DNA of 56,590 nucleotides from Catajapyx aquilonaris (Eukaryota): NCBI GenBank assembly GCA_000934665.2, contig JYFJ02002652.1, positions 1 to 56,590 of the forward strand, read 5' to 3'. Shown piece by piece: positions 1 to 10,306 of this stretch (position 1 is its first letter; each line of letters starts with the position of its first letter). The notes under the pieces were generated by a model. It saw only the letters and a program-made list of their open reading frames with translations, ran no database searches and was not told where the DNA came from. The position numbers and the translations under genes were made by a program.

Positions 1-110
1 ACTTTTGGCTGATGTTCTGCAGGCCCAACAAATTACTTCAGTTTCCTTGGAAACCATGGAAGTAACATGTAACATGTGCTAGGTTGGCATCCATGCTCAT
101 GTAGTACATT
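1..110. repeat. Local repeat unit, partial copy at window edge
   Basis: Nearly identical to 1220-1329. Confidence 0.9.
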
Positions 111-181
111 GTTGAGATTGTCATGTTTGTGTCTCGGTGAAACATAACTCCAGGAGTGTACAATTTTGGATTTGGAATTAA

Positions 182-675
182 GGGGGCGCATTAGTAAAAA
201 TACGGTAGGCGCAATTTTGAGGGAATTTTATATTTTATGGCGTTAATCGGAAAAATCACGACGAAGGTGCCCTGCGCAAAGGTTTGGCGAGTATGGTACC
301 ATACTCGATATGATTGCATTAAAATTGTGGACATACGGGCGCACTAGCGTTCCCGACTTTGTCGCGTTCCTGCCGCCATGTTATTCAAATGGGCTTTTCG
401 GGAACGCCATTTTCCTTTCACTTCAACTCGATGAAATGGTCACTTCTAGGCCGGAAATGGTCAAATGACGACGAAGGTGCCATGCGCCAGATCATGCCCT
501 ATTTTTTGGTGTAATTTTTGTGTCCATTGCTCCATTTTTGCGGCCGTACGGCCGCAGAAGCGTAGACATGTCGAATCCCCATATGCTGTCCATGCATACG
601 CGAGTTTGTTTACGTGGTCGCCAAGGGCTCGCATTGTTACCGATTGTTACCGTATTTTTTTGCTAATGCGCCCCC
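182..675. mobile_element. Kolobok-like MITE
   Basis: TTAA TSD (178-181, 676-679). TIR GGGGGCGCATTAG(T/C)AAAAA..TACGGTA with purine-starting termini. Internal direct repeat ACGACGAAGGTGCC. Confidence 0.85.
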
Positions 676-951
676 TTAAGTTCTGTATGACTACATACGT
701 ATTTCTTTAATCGAAAGGGACCGAGCCACAAATTTTCAGAAAATTTACTGAATTGACATGGAATGATCCAACTTTCTTCGCAGAGAGGCAGGCACTATCA
801 CTTGACATCCTGTCACTCTGAGGTTGAACAACCTAATGTGCTATAATTTGGTGTGAGTCACCCCAAGACATATATTTTGCTGTCTGTGCAAGTTCGGACT
901 TGCACCTCTACGCTTTCATACTCAGGTAGATAAATTATTGAACCGCCCTCG

Positions 952-1751
952 TATGATGACAATACTTTAACAATTTCATATATTATAAAAATTATTCAGC
1001 CATTCAGTAGGCCTACCCTTTCCAGATGTGGAACATGAGTCCCACCTTATGATAACCAGAAGGAAGCAAAATTCTACATCAATGCAGAGGGAACTTGCAT
1101 TTTTCATTCATTTACATGCTGATTAATGCAATATCCTAATCTACTTACATTGATGGTCTATCATATGCACCCGTACTTGCGCTGGTAAAAGCAAGTACAC
1201 CAATAACCGCGCGTGCACCACTTTTGGCTGATGTTCTGCAGGCCCAACAAATTACTTTAGTTTCCTTGGAAACCATGGAAGTAACATGTAACATGTGCTA
1301 GGTTGGCATCCATGCTTATGTACTACATCACCAAATTGCTACACATTATTAATATAAATATCTGCAAGTGGTCGTAACGTAAGAAAACATTGCAGACCGA
1401 CATTGACATAATATTATGCTGTTCTTACATAAAAGGTGGAATAATAATGCACAATGTTCCAGTTTTCATTATTATTTTTAAATACCATATTTATGATTTT
1501 TTTTTTAATGCATTCATTGAACCCTACTCATCTTCACAGCCACTACTCTTATGATTTCATCCGTCAGTGTCATCTGTGACCGATGAGTATAAGGGTTTGA
1601 CAGTCAGTAGGAAGGTGCAGTGACAAGTAATTAAACAGCATTAACAAAACATCTTGATGATAGCAATTCCCCCATAGATGACATAACATGTCACACTCGG
1701 AAAGACTGACGTCTGCTCAGCTTGCATATTGTGAATTTTATTTATTTTATT

Positions 1752-1794
<43 letters not shown>

Positions 1795-1807
1795 TTTTCT
1801 CCCCGCT
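952..1807. repeat. Local repeat unit, copy A (long form)
   Basis: Colinear with 2829-3666 along its length. Core also at 1-110, 6619-6899, 8490-8705 and 12963-13380. Confidence 0.95.
1736..1797. repeat. (TTTA)n microsatellite
   Basis: Seen directly; expanded in copy A relative to copy B. Confidence 0.95.
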
Positions 1808-2261
1808 TGACATTGGCGTTGAACCATTAAGAGAGCAATGCTTGGCACTATGACGTGGTGTTCATAACTCATTTGGCCGACCATTTTTAACAAAATTACA
1901 TGGTTTTTACAAAAAAAAGAGGCTTCAATTGAGCATTGTACTGTACACAAGAGTGTTGGTAGGGTGACATACTATCACATTGGGTACTGCAATGGGCAAA
2001 CAGTAGCATGCAATCATCAAATATCAGTGTTATTGCTGATCAATGTGACGCAAACAATAGGGCATCTTCTAACAATGACATCACTTAACATGAAAAAAAT
2101 GTTATTACAGGTTTCTAATGCTAACTATGGCCATTTGAAATATGTTTCTCAAAATTGTAAAATAAATGACCAACATTGTGACACCTACACCTCAGCAACA
2201 CTGTTGTGAAATTTAAACTTTCACTTTTTTTTACTACAACTACAAACCATCAAGTTACAAG

Positions 2262-2264
<3 letters not shown>

Positions 2265-2330
<66 letters not shown>

Positions 2331-2358
2331 AGGGAGGGAGAGAGAGAGAGGGAGGGAG
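2265..2358. repeat. (AG)n/(AGGG)n microsatellite
   Basis: Seen directly. Confidence 0.95.
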
Positions 2359-2828
2359 AAATGTTTAAATATCAGTAAGCCACACAGACACCAGTCCATT
2401 CAACCTTTTAGGAACTGCAGTATAATGTTATGGGTGGCCTTTAAAGTAGTTGTTGACAGAAACTACCTAAAGACAATAGGGGGCTACAGAAGAATAATAT
2501 AGGCTACCTTGTATATTGACTTCAGCAACCGCTGTTTAAAGAGAAGAAACAATGATGGCAAATAAATGTGGGCCTGATTGTTGCATCTAATGTGTCGCTT
2601 CTCTTTAAAGTGATTACTGGAGTGAGTAATCCATAACTTCTTCCTCCCTCCCCTCTTCCCCTGGATTTGGGCAGTTCAGCAGTGCACCACCCTTATTGTG
2701 TACAATATAAAGTGGGTCTACGATAGTGCCAGAAATTCATAGTAGATACGAGAAACAAATGCAAGCCTGTAACAACAATTCAGAGCCTAGAGCACTGCTT
2801 TGCATGCACTACTAATCAGCTTAATTTG

Positions 2829-3666
2829 CAAAAATGTAATATGATGACAATACTTTAACAATTTCATATATTATAAAAATTATTCAGCCATTCAGTGCCC
2901 TTTCCAGATGTGGAACATGAGTTCCACCTTATGATAACCAGAAGGAAGCAAAATTCTACATCAATGCAGAGGGAACTTGCATTTTTCATTCATTTACATG
3001 CTGATTAATGCAATAATATCCTAATCTACTTACATTGATGGTCTATCATATGCACCAGTACTTGCGCTGGTAGAAGCAAGTACACCAATTACCACGCGTG
3101 CACCACTTTTGGCTGATGTTCGGCAGGCCCAACAAATTACTTTAGTTTCCTTAGAAACCATGGATGTAACATGTGCTAGGTTGGCATCCATGCTTATGTA
3201 CACTACCAAGTTGTTACACATTATTAATATCAATATCTGCAAGTGATTGTAACGTAAGAAAACATTTCAGACCGACATTGACATAATATTATGCTGTTCT
3301 TACATAAAAGGTGGAATAATAATGCATAATGTTCCAGTATTCATTATTATTTTTACATACCATATTTATGATTTTTTTTAAAGGCATTCATTGAATCCTA
3401 TACTCATCTTCACAGCCACTACTCTTATGATTTCATCCGTCAGTGTCACCTGTGACTGATGAGTATAAGGGTTTGACAGTCAGTAGGAAGGTGCAGTGAC
3501 AAGTAATTAAACAGCATTAACAAAACATCTTGATGATAGCGATTCTGACCGTCCCTGACTATTACTCGACCTCATGGAAGACAACATGTCACACTCGGAA
3601 AGACTGACATCTGCTCAGCTTGCATAATGTGAATTTTATTCTGGATTTTTTTTTTTTCTCCCCGCT
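2829..3666. repeat. Local repeat unit, copy B (long form)
   Basis: Direct repeat of copy A with scattered substitutions and small indels. Confidence 0.95.
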
Positions 3667-5233
3667 CGATTTCCATGGTTACACCTGGGATTCTATGCGA
3701 GTGTTTGACCAGTGCTCCAGAAACTTTTCTTTTTGGTCGTGGAGAGATGATCGGGAGAACCGCAAGTTACACTATTAATTTTAGTTCAGTTTCTCTCATA
3801 AGGTTCTGGGAATGTTCGAAGTTCTGGGGTAGGTAGTAAGACAAGGGTGATGTTAGACTTTCCATTGTTAACGTAAGGGGTATACATAACAAGGGGGATA
3901 TTGTTAGGAAAGCATGTGTTGATGCTCGTTTAGATATAACGTACTTGTCTGAGACCAATACGAAGGGGTGTTCAATGGGTGATTTCAATGTGCTAATTGG
4001 TTTCTGGTCTGGTGTAGATGAAAGGTAGAGGGCTTGTGCAGGTGTTGGTATACTTATTAGTCCTAAGCTGGTGCACTGTGTGAAAGGATATAGTCAGGTC
4101 AGTGAGAGAACAATGTGGGTGAGTCTGAAGGTGGTTAAGACTACAAAAAACCCTGAGGTGGTTCAGAGGATTAAGGTTGAGGAACTTCCTGCATTAGGTT
4201 TGGAATATCAACAGATAGTTTCCGTTAAATTGGGAGAAGGGAACAAGACAGTTAAGTCCTTAGAAGAGGCTTGGCATTGTTTCAAGCCCTCCTCAGTGAG
4301 TAGTGCTGTTGATATTTGTGGTATGGCTAAGGTGGGTTGTAACACGGAACCTTCAGCCATCCAGCATTCCTAAGTAAGCCTCCTTCTTCCCTGCAGGGGA
4401 GTATTGACACCCAGAAAATCGGAGGTGGCGCCATTGGCGGCCACATTCTTAATATTTTGAGTGCTAGTGCCCCACAAGGCCGCTCTCTGGCCGTATATAA
4501 AAGCATGTAGTTCAAGCCGCTGAAAAAGAGCGAAATATTGGCCCAGGAGTGCGATTTCTTAAATGTTACTGTGCCCCTTGACCTCCTGAAAACGACTCTT
4601 ATGAAAGGAAAAGATATTTTGAAGAGTGGGCATGTGCAAGGGGCGAAATAAGTGGCCCGTGAAATTGCAGTACATCTCCAAACTCTGAAACGTCCCAAAC
4701 CCACGGAAACGTTTTTTTTTTTTTTTTTTGCAAAATCTGGAGCAACGATATGAGTATTTACATAACAGTTTTGCATTCAAGATTCAACACATATTTTGGG
4801 GGAGGTATGACAGCATAATTATGTCTCAGCATCACACTGCATGCGCCCTGTTGTCCTAACATGAGAACAATATAGATCAGTGAGATAATTTCATTCATGC
4901 CAGATACAGGTCAGTCTGAACTGCAATGCTTGTTGTTGCATGCTTTTCTTCTCCATTTTCAAGATGTGCTAACATTGCAGCATCGTCTTCACTTTCATAA
5001 GATAATCAATTAATAATAATCCGACATAATTATTGCCTCCAAATATTTACGACATGATGCCCTATTCTTGCACCATATGTGCCTATGTAGTGGTCAGTAC
5101 TGTTATGGGCAGTGAGCTAGTGCAGTACATTTACATAATTTATTGCAGTGTCAACATCATGTGCCTTTTAATGAGTTTATTATATGCAAAATAAGCAAAA
5201 GTGCAATATAGCATTCATTCATCCGGGAACGTG

Positions 5234-5502
5234 TTGCCCCGGGCCGGATCCTCCCCAAACTCAAGTCAAGGGAAAGGCCGGACTATCTTCACTCCCAAAA
5301 AATCCAGGGGGCGGTTTGCCCCGGGTCTAGCCCTCCACAGATGGAGGAGCAAGTCGGCATTGCACGATCTCCGTGCATATGGATTGGCCTCTCTGCTCCT
5401 CCAATCTGGGCGGCTGGAACTGGGGCAGACCGACCCCTGGATTTTTTTGGAGGTGTTAAGATTCCCATTGACCCGCTTTTGGGGAGGACCCGGCCCGGGG
5501 CA
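5234..5502. mobile_element. GC-rich foldback element nested in the ISL2EU-like transposon
   Basis: TGCCCCGGGCCGGATCCTCCCCAAA vs TTTGGGGAGGACCCGGCCCGGGGCA, plus an inner arm pair CCAAAAAATCCAGGGG / CCCCTGGATTTTTTTGG. No TSD resolved. Confidence 0.65.
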
Positions 5503-5559
5503 GTCCGCCCCCTGGAGTGATTTGTGAGTGCTCATCAACATATATCTCATGAATCAAAC

Positions 5560-5734
5560 TTGATTCTTTTCACTGCCTGAATCCACTAGTCGCGCTACTC
5601 ATTTTCCCAGGGCTTTCCTGGAAACGTGTAGAGCATAGTTCCAGGCACACCTCGGCTGTATGACTGGTGGCACCCAACCACGCAACAATTCGTATGACAC
5701 TTTTTCCGAGCGTCGTATCCTCATTGCCTGCCAT
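5560..5734 (-). pseudogene. THAP zinc-finger N-terminus (transposon-derived, disrupted)
   Basis: Minus frame reads KKCHTNCCVVGCHQSYSRGVPGTMLYTFPGKPWENE*RD*WIS, matching the CxxxxC...FP...W pattern of THAP domains, with stops and frameshifts. Confidence 0.75.
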
Positions 5735-6312
5735 GGCCAACAGCCATTCGAGCACTCAAGAACTTACAACGCTGGCCGCTAGGTGGAGATACCTCCGCGT
5801 TTTCTGGGTGTCAATAGGTTTTGGAAGCGAGAGGCAGCGCGGGTTGTTAGGGAGAGTAAGAAGCAGGTAGATCTAGAGGAGTGAGAGGCTGGAGAAGGCC
5901 TTCAAGGAGGAAGGGAAGTCTTTTTGGAAGACTGTTAGGAGGCTAAGAACTGGCCATGGGGTTAGTGTTGTAGGTGTGAAGGATAAGAAGGGTGACATGC
6001 TGTGGGATGGAGAAGAGGCGAAAGGTCGTTGGGGAGAGTATTTTCAGGACTTGCTGTCAGCAAGTGATAAGGCCAGTGTTGATGTATCTGTAAGCTTAAT
6101 TTGTTTTACCCCGTGATAGGCCTACGTGGGCCCTGTTGGGGGGTGGTACACCACCATCAATTTTCTTGTATTTTCTTTTTCTTTCCTCCAGTGCACGGGG
6201 ACACGATAGGGATAATGAGGGGGGGGGGGGACACTAGTGCAGGTGCAATGTCTCAAGTTGGGGTTCGTGTGCAGTCCCCCAGGGGGTCAGGTTTCAAGAC
6301 CCTAGGGCATTT

Positions 6313-6618
6313 GAAACCCTTTTGGCAAATAGGGCACAAACATGTCAGGAGGAATCGGAGAAAATCGAGAAAAACGCACAGCTTGGTAAATGACAAGTGC
6401 CCTTTATGCCGATAATATGCAATGCTGCTCACGTGACATGTGCCCTTGTTACAAAACAGCCTAATCTTCAAACCTCATTTTCAGCTGTGACAAATGTTCC
6501 TTTTGAAGTACACTTTTCTCAGGACCTCAGAACGAACAATCCCCCCTGCCATTTAGTGATGATAAGTCGAATTTTCCAAAAGAGTAGTGGCATGTGCCCT
6601 TTTTGCCAAAAGGGCTTC
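6313..6618. mobile_element. MITE with 4-bp ATTT TSD (Sola-like)
   Basis: GAAACCCTTTTGGCAAATAGGGCACA vs TGTGCCCTTTTTGCCAAAAGGGCTTC, with ATTT at 6309-6312 and 6619-6622. Confidence 0.7.
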
Positions 6619-6899
6619 ATTTTCATTCATTTACATGCTGATTAATGCAATATCCTAATCTACTTACATTGATGGTCTATCATATGCACCCGTACTTGCG
6701 CTGGTAGAAGCAAGTACACCAATAACCACGCGTGCACCACTTTTGGCTGTTGTTCTGCAGGCCCAACAAATTACTTTAGTTTCCTTAGAAACCATGGATG
6801 TAGGCTAACATGTAACATGTGCTAGGTTGGCATCCATGCTTATGTACATTACCAAGTTGTTACACATTATTAATATAAATAACTGCAAGTGGTTGTAAC
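6619..6899. repeat. Local repeat unit, copy C (core only, inside SINE insertion)
   Basis: Matches about 1099-1378. Confidence 0.95.
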
Positions 6900-7187
6900 C
6901 ACCTACACCGCACCTCCTCCAGGACAGGGGAAAGGAAGGAAGCGGCTGTGGCCTATTTTACCCGGAATTGTTCCTGGGGCGACCTTGGAAAAACACAGAA
7001 AACCAAGGTCAGGACCGCTGGCCTTCGGGACTCGAACCCAGGACCTCCCGATTAGCAGTCGGATACCATATCCACTCCACCACTACTGCTTCGGTTCTGT
7101 AAGCTTAATTGGGGATGATGCACCAAGTAATGATGGTTGTGGGGATATTAGTAAGGAAGTTGCAGCTGCTGCTTTAGAACTTAAACT

Positions 7188-7711
7188 TTTCGCGGTCAAA
7201 GGTTACCATGGGATGTTCAGTAACATACACGACACCTTCCGCTACTGAACCTTAAAAGGTCCGTTTCCTCTCTCCGGTACTCAGGACACCTATTCAGGTT
7301 CAGTACACCCGAGTACCAATGAGGACGCTAGGCTAGGCTAACAAAGCAGAGCAAAGCGGGGGGTGGGGTGGCTGCTGTGGTCTGAAATGACCTTGCAGCC
7401 CCACGTTGGGCGCCAGTTTAGCGGGCAAAGGTTACCATGGGATGTTCAGTAACACACACGACACCTTCCGCTACTGTGCAACCGTGGTTTATTGACCTAA
7501 GGCGGATACATTACCAGTACATGGCACGAAACCCCGGGAGAGTCGCTCACAAGCGTCTGCTTCCTCTGGTCGGCTTTCCCTCTCTCTCTCTCCCCGCCCG
7601 CTCTCCCCGCTCTCCCACTCCTACCTCCTCCTACTCCCCTCCTGCCCCCACTTCCAGAGGGCCAACAGGACAAGGGAGGAAACAGGGGGCGCGGGCAAAT
7701 CAACTGTCACA
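7188..7711 (-). mobile_element. Miniature/deleted LTR retroelement with tRNA-Lys(CTT) primer-binding site
   Basis: AACT TSD (7184-7187, 7712-7715). LTR 7711-7416 starts TGTGACA and has AATAAA at 7493-7488. PBS TGGCGCCCAACGTGGGGCT at 7415-7397. A 56-bp direct repeat links 7192-7247 and 7421-7476. Confidence 0.8.
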
Positions 7712-8281
7712 AACTAGGTAAATCCACTGGGGTTGATGCTATTTCTTCGGAAATGGTGAGGTGTGGCGGGGGTGATGTAGTTACTTTTTTGACTAATTTA
7801 TGTAGGGTTTCTTTTGATAATGGTGTAGTTCCTAGGGATTGGAGGGATTGGAGGGATACCTCTGTATAAGACAAAGGGAGATGTGTGTGACTGCAAGAAT
7901 TATCGTGGCATTAGTTTGTTAAGTGTACCAGGGAAAGTGTATGCTAAGGTTTTGATAGAAAGAGTTAAGAGGGTCACAAGTCAAAGAATACTGAATATTC
8001 ACAGTGGGTTTATGTCGGGTAAGAGTTGCGTAGATCAGATATAATGTATGCGACTCGTGATAGAAAAGTATTTAGCTATAAACAAGAAGGTTTATGTTGC
8101 CTTTGTAGACTTAGAGAAAGCCTATGACACTGAGTAGGAAAGGTTTGTGGGAAGTTGTGAGTCTCTATGGACTGAAGGGCCGCCTGTTGGAGGCTGTTAA
8201 GTCATTGTATGAAGAGAGTAGAGCTTGTGTTAGAACTAGTGGGGGTTTCTCTAACTGGTTTAACATTAGTGTTGGGGTTAA

Positions 8282-8490
8282 GGGGGCCGGGTCCCTACGG
8301 TTTCGCGCCATTTTTTGGCGGCAGCGAGCCCAAATCGTGTGCGCCGACTCGTCTTCGTTCGACGAATCCTGGCGCGCTGTTAGAGATACGGACACGCGGT
8401 TTTTTTGCCTCGTCCGGAGAAAGAGCTGGCGCTTCTTCCGGTGGTGGAAATGTTCTAATCGGCCAATAAGTAATCGAATGGCGATGGAAA
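8282..8490. mobile_element. One end of a TTAA-targeting DNA element (Kolobok-like) truncating the LINE
   Basis: LINE RT homology stops at TTAA (8278-8281), followed by GGGGGCCGGGTCCC and a GC-rich segment. No partner TIR was found. Confidence 0.45.
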
Positions 8491-8705
8491 ATGCTATATG
8501 TACCCGTACGGACCCCTACTAGCGCTGGTAGCAGCAACACCGACGACCACGCGTGCACCCCTTTTGGGCTGATGTTCGATCTGCAGGCCCAACTAACAAA
8601 CTAGTTTCCTTAGAAACCATTGGGTGTAACACGTAACTTGTTATGCTGGGTTGGCAACTATGTTTGTGTACATTACACAAGTAGTTACACAAGGTGGTAG
8701 TAACT
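8490..8705. repeat. Local repeat unit, copy D (diverged core)
   Basis: GCGCTGGTAG..CCACGCGTGCACC..GGCTGATGTTC..CTGCAGGCCCAAC..AGTTTCCTTAGAAACCAT are retained, with many indels. Confidence 0.85.
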
Positions 8706-8738
8706 ACTATAATAATAATAATATCTAATCTTATATAT

Positions 8739-8792
8739 TATTATTATTATTATTATTTATTTTTTATTTACCATACCCCGATGGGCCGTACG
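8739..8792 (-). mobile_element. Severely 5'-truncated retroposon tail
   Basis: 12-bp TSD AATCTTATATAT (8727-8738, 8793-8804) around GGCCCATCGGGGTATGG plus (TAA)n on the minus strand. Confidence 0.6.
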
Positions 8793-8794
8793 AA

Positions 8795-8960
8795 TCTTAT
8801 ATATAAATAAAGCCGTTTGTGATCTGTCTGTCTGTCTGTGTGTCCGCCTGTAACGCCAACCGTCATTTGCCTGATATCTGTCACGGTTGTTAGAGTACCG
8901 GTATATCCTTCCTATCTGTGGTCCGCTTCCTAGACCTCCAACCAGGAACAGTGAACAGGC
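8795..8960 (+). mobile_element. 5' part of a Helitron-like element (same family as 22696-23020)
   Basis: A|TCTTATATATAAATAAAGCCGTTTGTGA-(TCTG)n-TCCGCCTG..GCCAACCGTCATTT, aligning with 22696-22780. The 3' end was not located. Confidence 0.55.
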
Positions 8961-8971
8961 CATATCTCTAA

Positions 8972-9618
8972 CAGTGTTGGGTGTTGCCAGACCCAGAGAA
9001 GAGGTAATCCCTAAATATACGGGGAAAAAGTCCCTAATTGTCCCAAAAAATCCCGGTACATCTAGTGCGGGGCGCAAAAGCCCGCCGCAGGCGAAATTTT
9101 TGGGGGGGTCAAGGTCACACAAGCTTATAGGCGAGCTGGGGTGTTTTGGGATGCGTAATGCAGCATTTATGCGGCGTGCAGATCTTCATTTGTTGTGTCA
9201 CTAAGAGAGGGGGAGAGGAGAGCGCGGAAAGAGAGAGAGAGAGAGAGAGAGAGNAAGAGAGGGGGGGGGGGGGGTAAAAGCTGGGCGCAGGGCGGCGCAG
9301 GGGCGGGAAACACAAGTACTGTACACAACTGCCGTGAGATTTTCTTTGTGCATTATTTCCTCCAATCCTCCTTCCCAGTACCCCGCTGAACCTCTGAACC
9401 ATAGGTAGTGCGACCAATATTGAAGGGTTGCCCCGAATAATGTTGTAAGTGGCATCGCTTGCGGTTGCGGACAAGATCCAGGCCTGCTTTTTTCTCTCTT
9501 TTTTCATATTTTCCTAATATCCCTAGATTTCGGTCGTTTCTGCTCAGTTGTCCCTAAATCCCTAAGGGCATGCCGAAATCCCTAAATCTAGGGATATATC
9601 CCTGTGTCTGGCAACGCT
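8972..9618. mobile_element. hAT-like MITE
   Basis: Ends (CA)GTGTTGCCAGAC / GTCTGGCAACGCT with TCTCTAA on both flanks, and repeated subterminal TCCCTAAA motifs. Confidence 0.6.
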
Positions 9619-10306
9619 TCTCTAATCCTTGCAGTACAATGCCACTATTACGTCAAGTACTATAAGTACTGATACTACATACCACGAATGTAGTGTGGAA
9701 CTGTGGATGTACCACATTATTTTTAATGATTATAAATTGTTTATAAAAATCTTCCCCAATCATGCTTTTGTTGCTTTATAACCGGCCAGGCAGTGTGCGT
9801 CTCTTCTTATTCACCCGTTCCCATCTACCCGTCTGCGGCAACTGCGGAAATAGGGGGAAATGTTTTTATGCCTTGTGACGTGTTCAGACTGCAGGTATGT
9901 ATTAATAATATTCTTAGTGCCAGTTCAGTGGATGTGACCTTTTTTCTTAATGTCTCATGGTGAAATGAAGTGTAGCCTAAGATACCGGTACTCTGTCTGT
10001 TCTTGAAATCGATTCATGTCACACTTTTACAGAATGCTGTGGCTCAAACTTCCTTTTAAAAGATGCGTGAATTGCTGTTATTGTTATGATATGATGTGTC
10101 TCTAATCTTTGCCACCAACCTCTCCCGGCCTTCCTAAAAGTGTCATGGCGGCTCTCTGTGCGTCGTGGAAATTTTGACGTTGAGACGTTCACCAGGTAGG
10201 GGTTTCCCTTCAATTCACATGCATACAATTCACAAAGTTGTGGTACTGTTGGGAAATCCCTCCAGCAGCTAAGGCAACATGTCTATCCCAATATACTATT
10301 ATTATA

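Larger units (their letters stand above)
4405..5813. mobile_element. ISL2EU-like (PIF/Harbinger-related) DNA transposon derivative with THAP remnant, inserted in the LINE
   Basis: TIRs TGACACCCAGAAAA..CGGAGGT..GCGGCCA at both ends with a 2-bp AT TSD. Removing it restores LINE frame GAG TAT AGG (GEYRFWKREAARVVRESK). Superfamily assignment is inferred from the AT TSD plus THAP. Confidence 0.75.
6102..7095 (-). mobile_element. tRNA-derived SINE insertion (composite) with 15-bp TSD
   Basis: TCTGTAAGCTTAATT at 6087-6101 and 7096-7110. Minus-strand head has an A box (TGGTGGAGTGG) and B box (GGTTCGAGTCC), followed by GGCCACAGCCGCTTCCTT. A 3' stem-loop tail GGGCCCACGTAGGCCTATCACGGGGTA lies at about 6107-6133. 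Confidence 0.8.
3840..8281 (+). mobile_element. Decayed RTE-like non-LTR retrotransposon (APE endonuclease + reverse transcriptase) in four pieces: about 3840-4404, 5816-6101, 7111-7187, 7716-8281
   Basis: Manual translation gives IVNVRG...LDITYLSET...GVGILISP (APE), EEAWHCFK...DICG and KGRWGEYFQDLL (linker), and GKSTGVDAIS...NYRGISLLSVPGKVY...FVDLEKAYD...FNISVGV (RT). It has in-frame stops, frameshifts and an internal deletion, and the 3' half is missing. Confidence 0.9.

Noticed and set aside
1228..1320. Hammerhead ribozyme in the repeat core (CTGATG...GAAAC...stem)
   Set aside because: The core is CTGATGT rather than CTGANGA, no stem II closes between it and GAAA, and the base pair next to the cleavage triplet is mismatched.
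3530..3607. Box C/D snoRNA in the long repeat copies (TTGATGA...CTGA)
   Set aside because: No terminal stem, the interior differs strongly between copies A and B, and no rRNA/snRNA complementarity was recognised. A snoscan/Infernal run would be needed to revive it.
7020..7095. tRNA gene (also 52190-52265 and the tRNA-Lys match at 7397-7415)
   Set aside because: A/B boxes are present but no complete cloverleaf. The first two lie in TSD-flanked SINEs and the third is only a 19-nt primer-binding site.
9750..9900. Second THAP-like remnant (SCFCC...HPFPS..LRK)
   Set aside because: Requires frameshifts and lacks the conserved Cys spacing and Trp; too weak to call.
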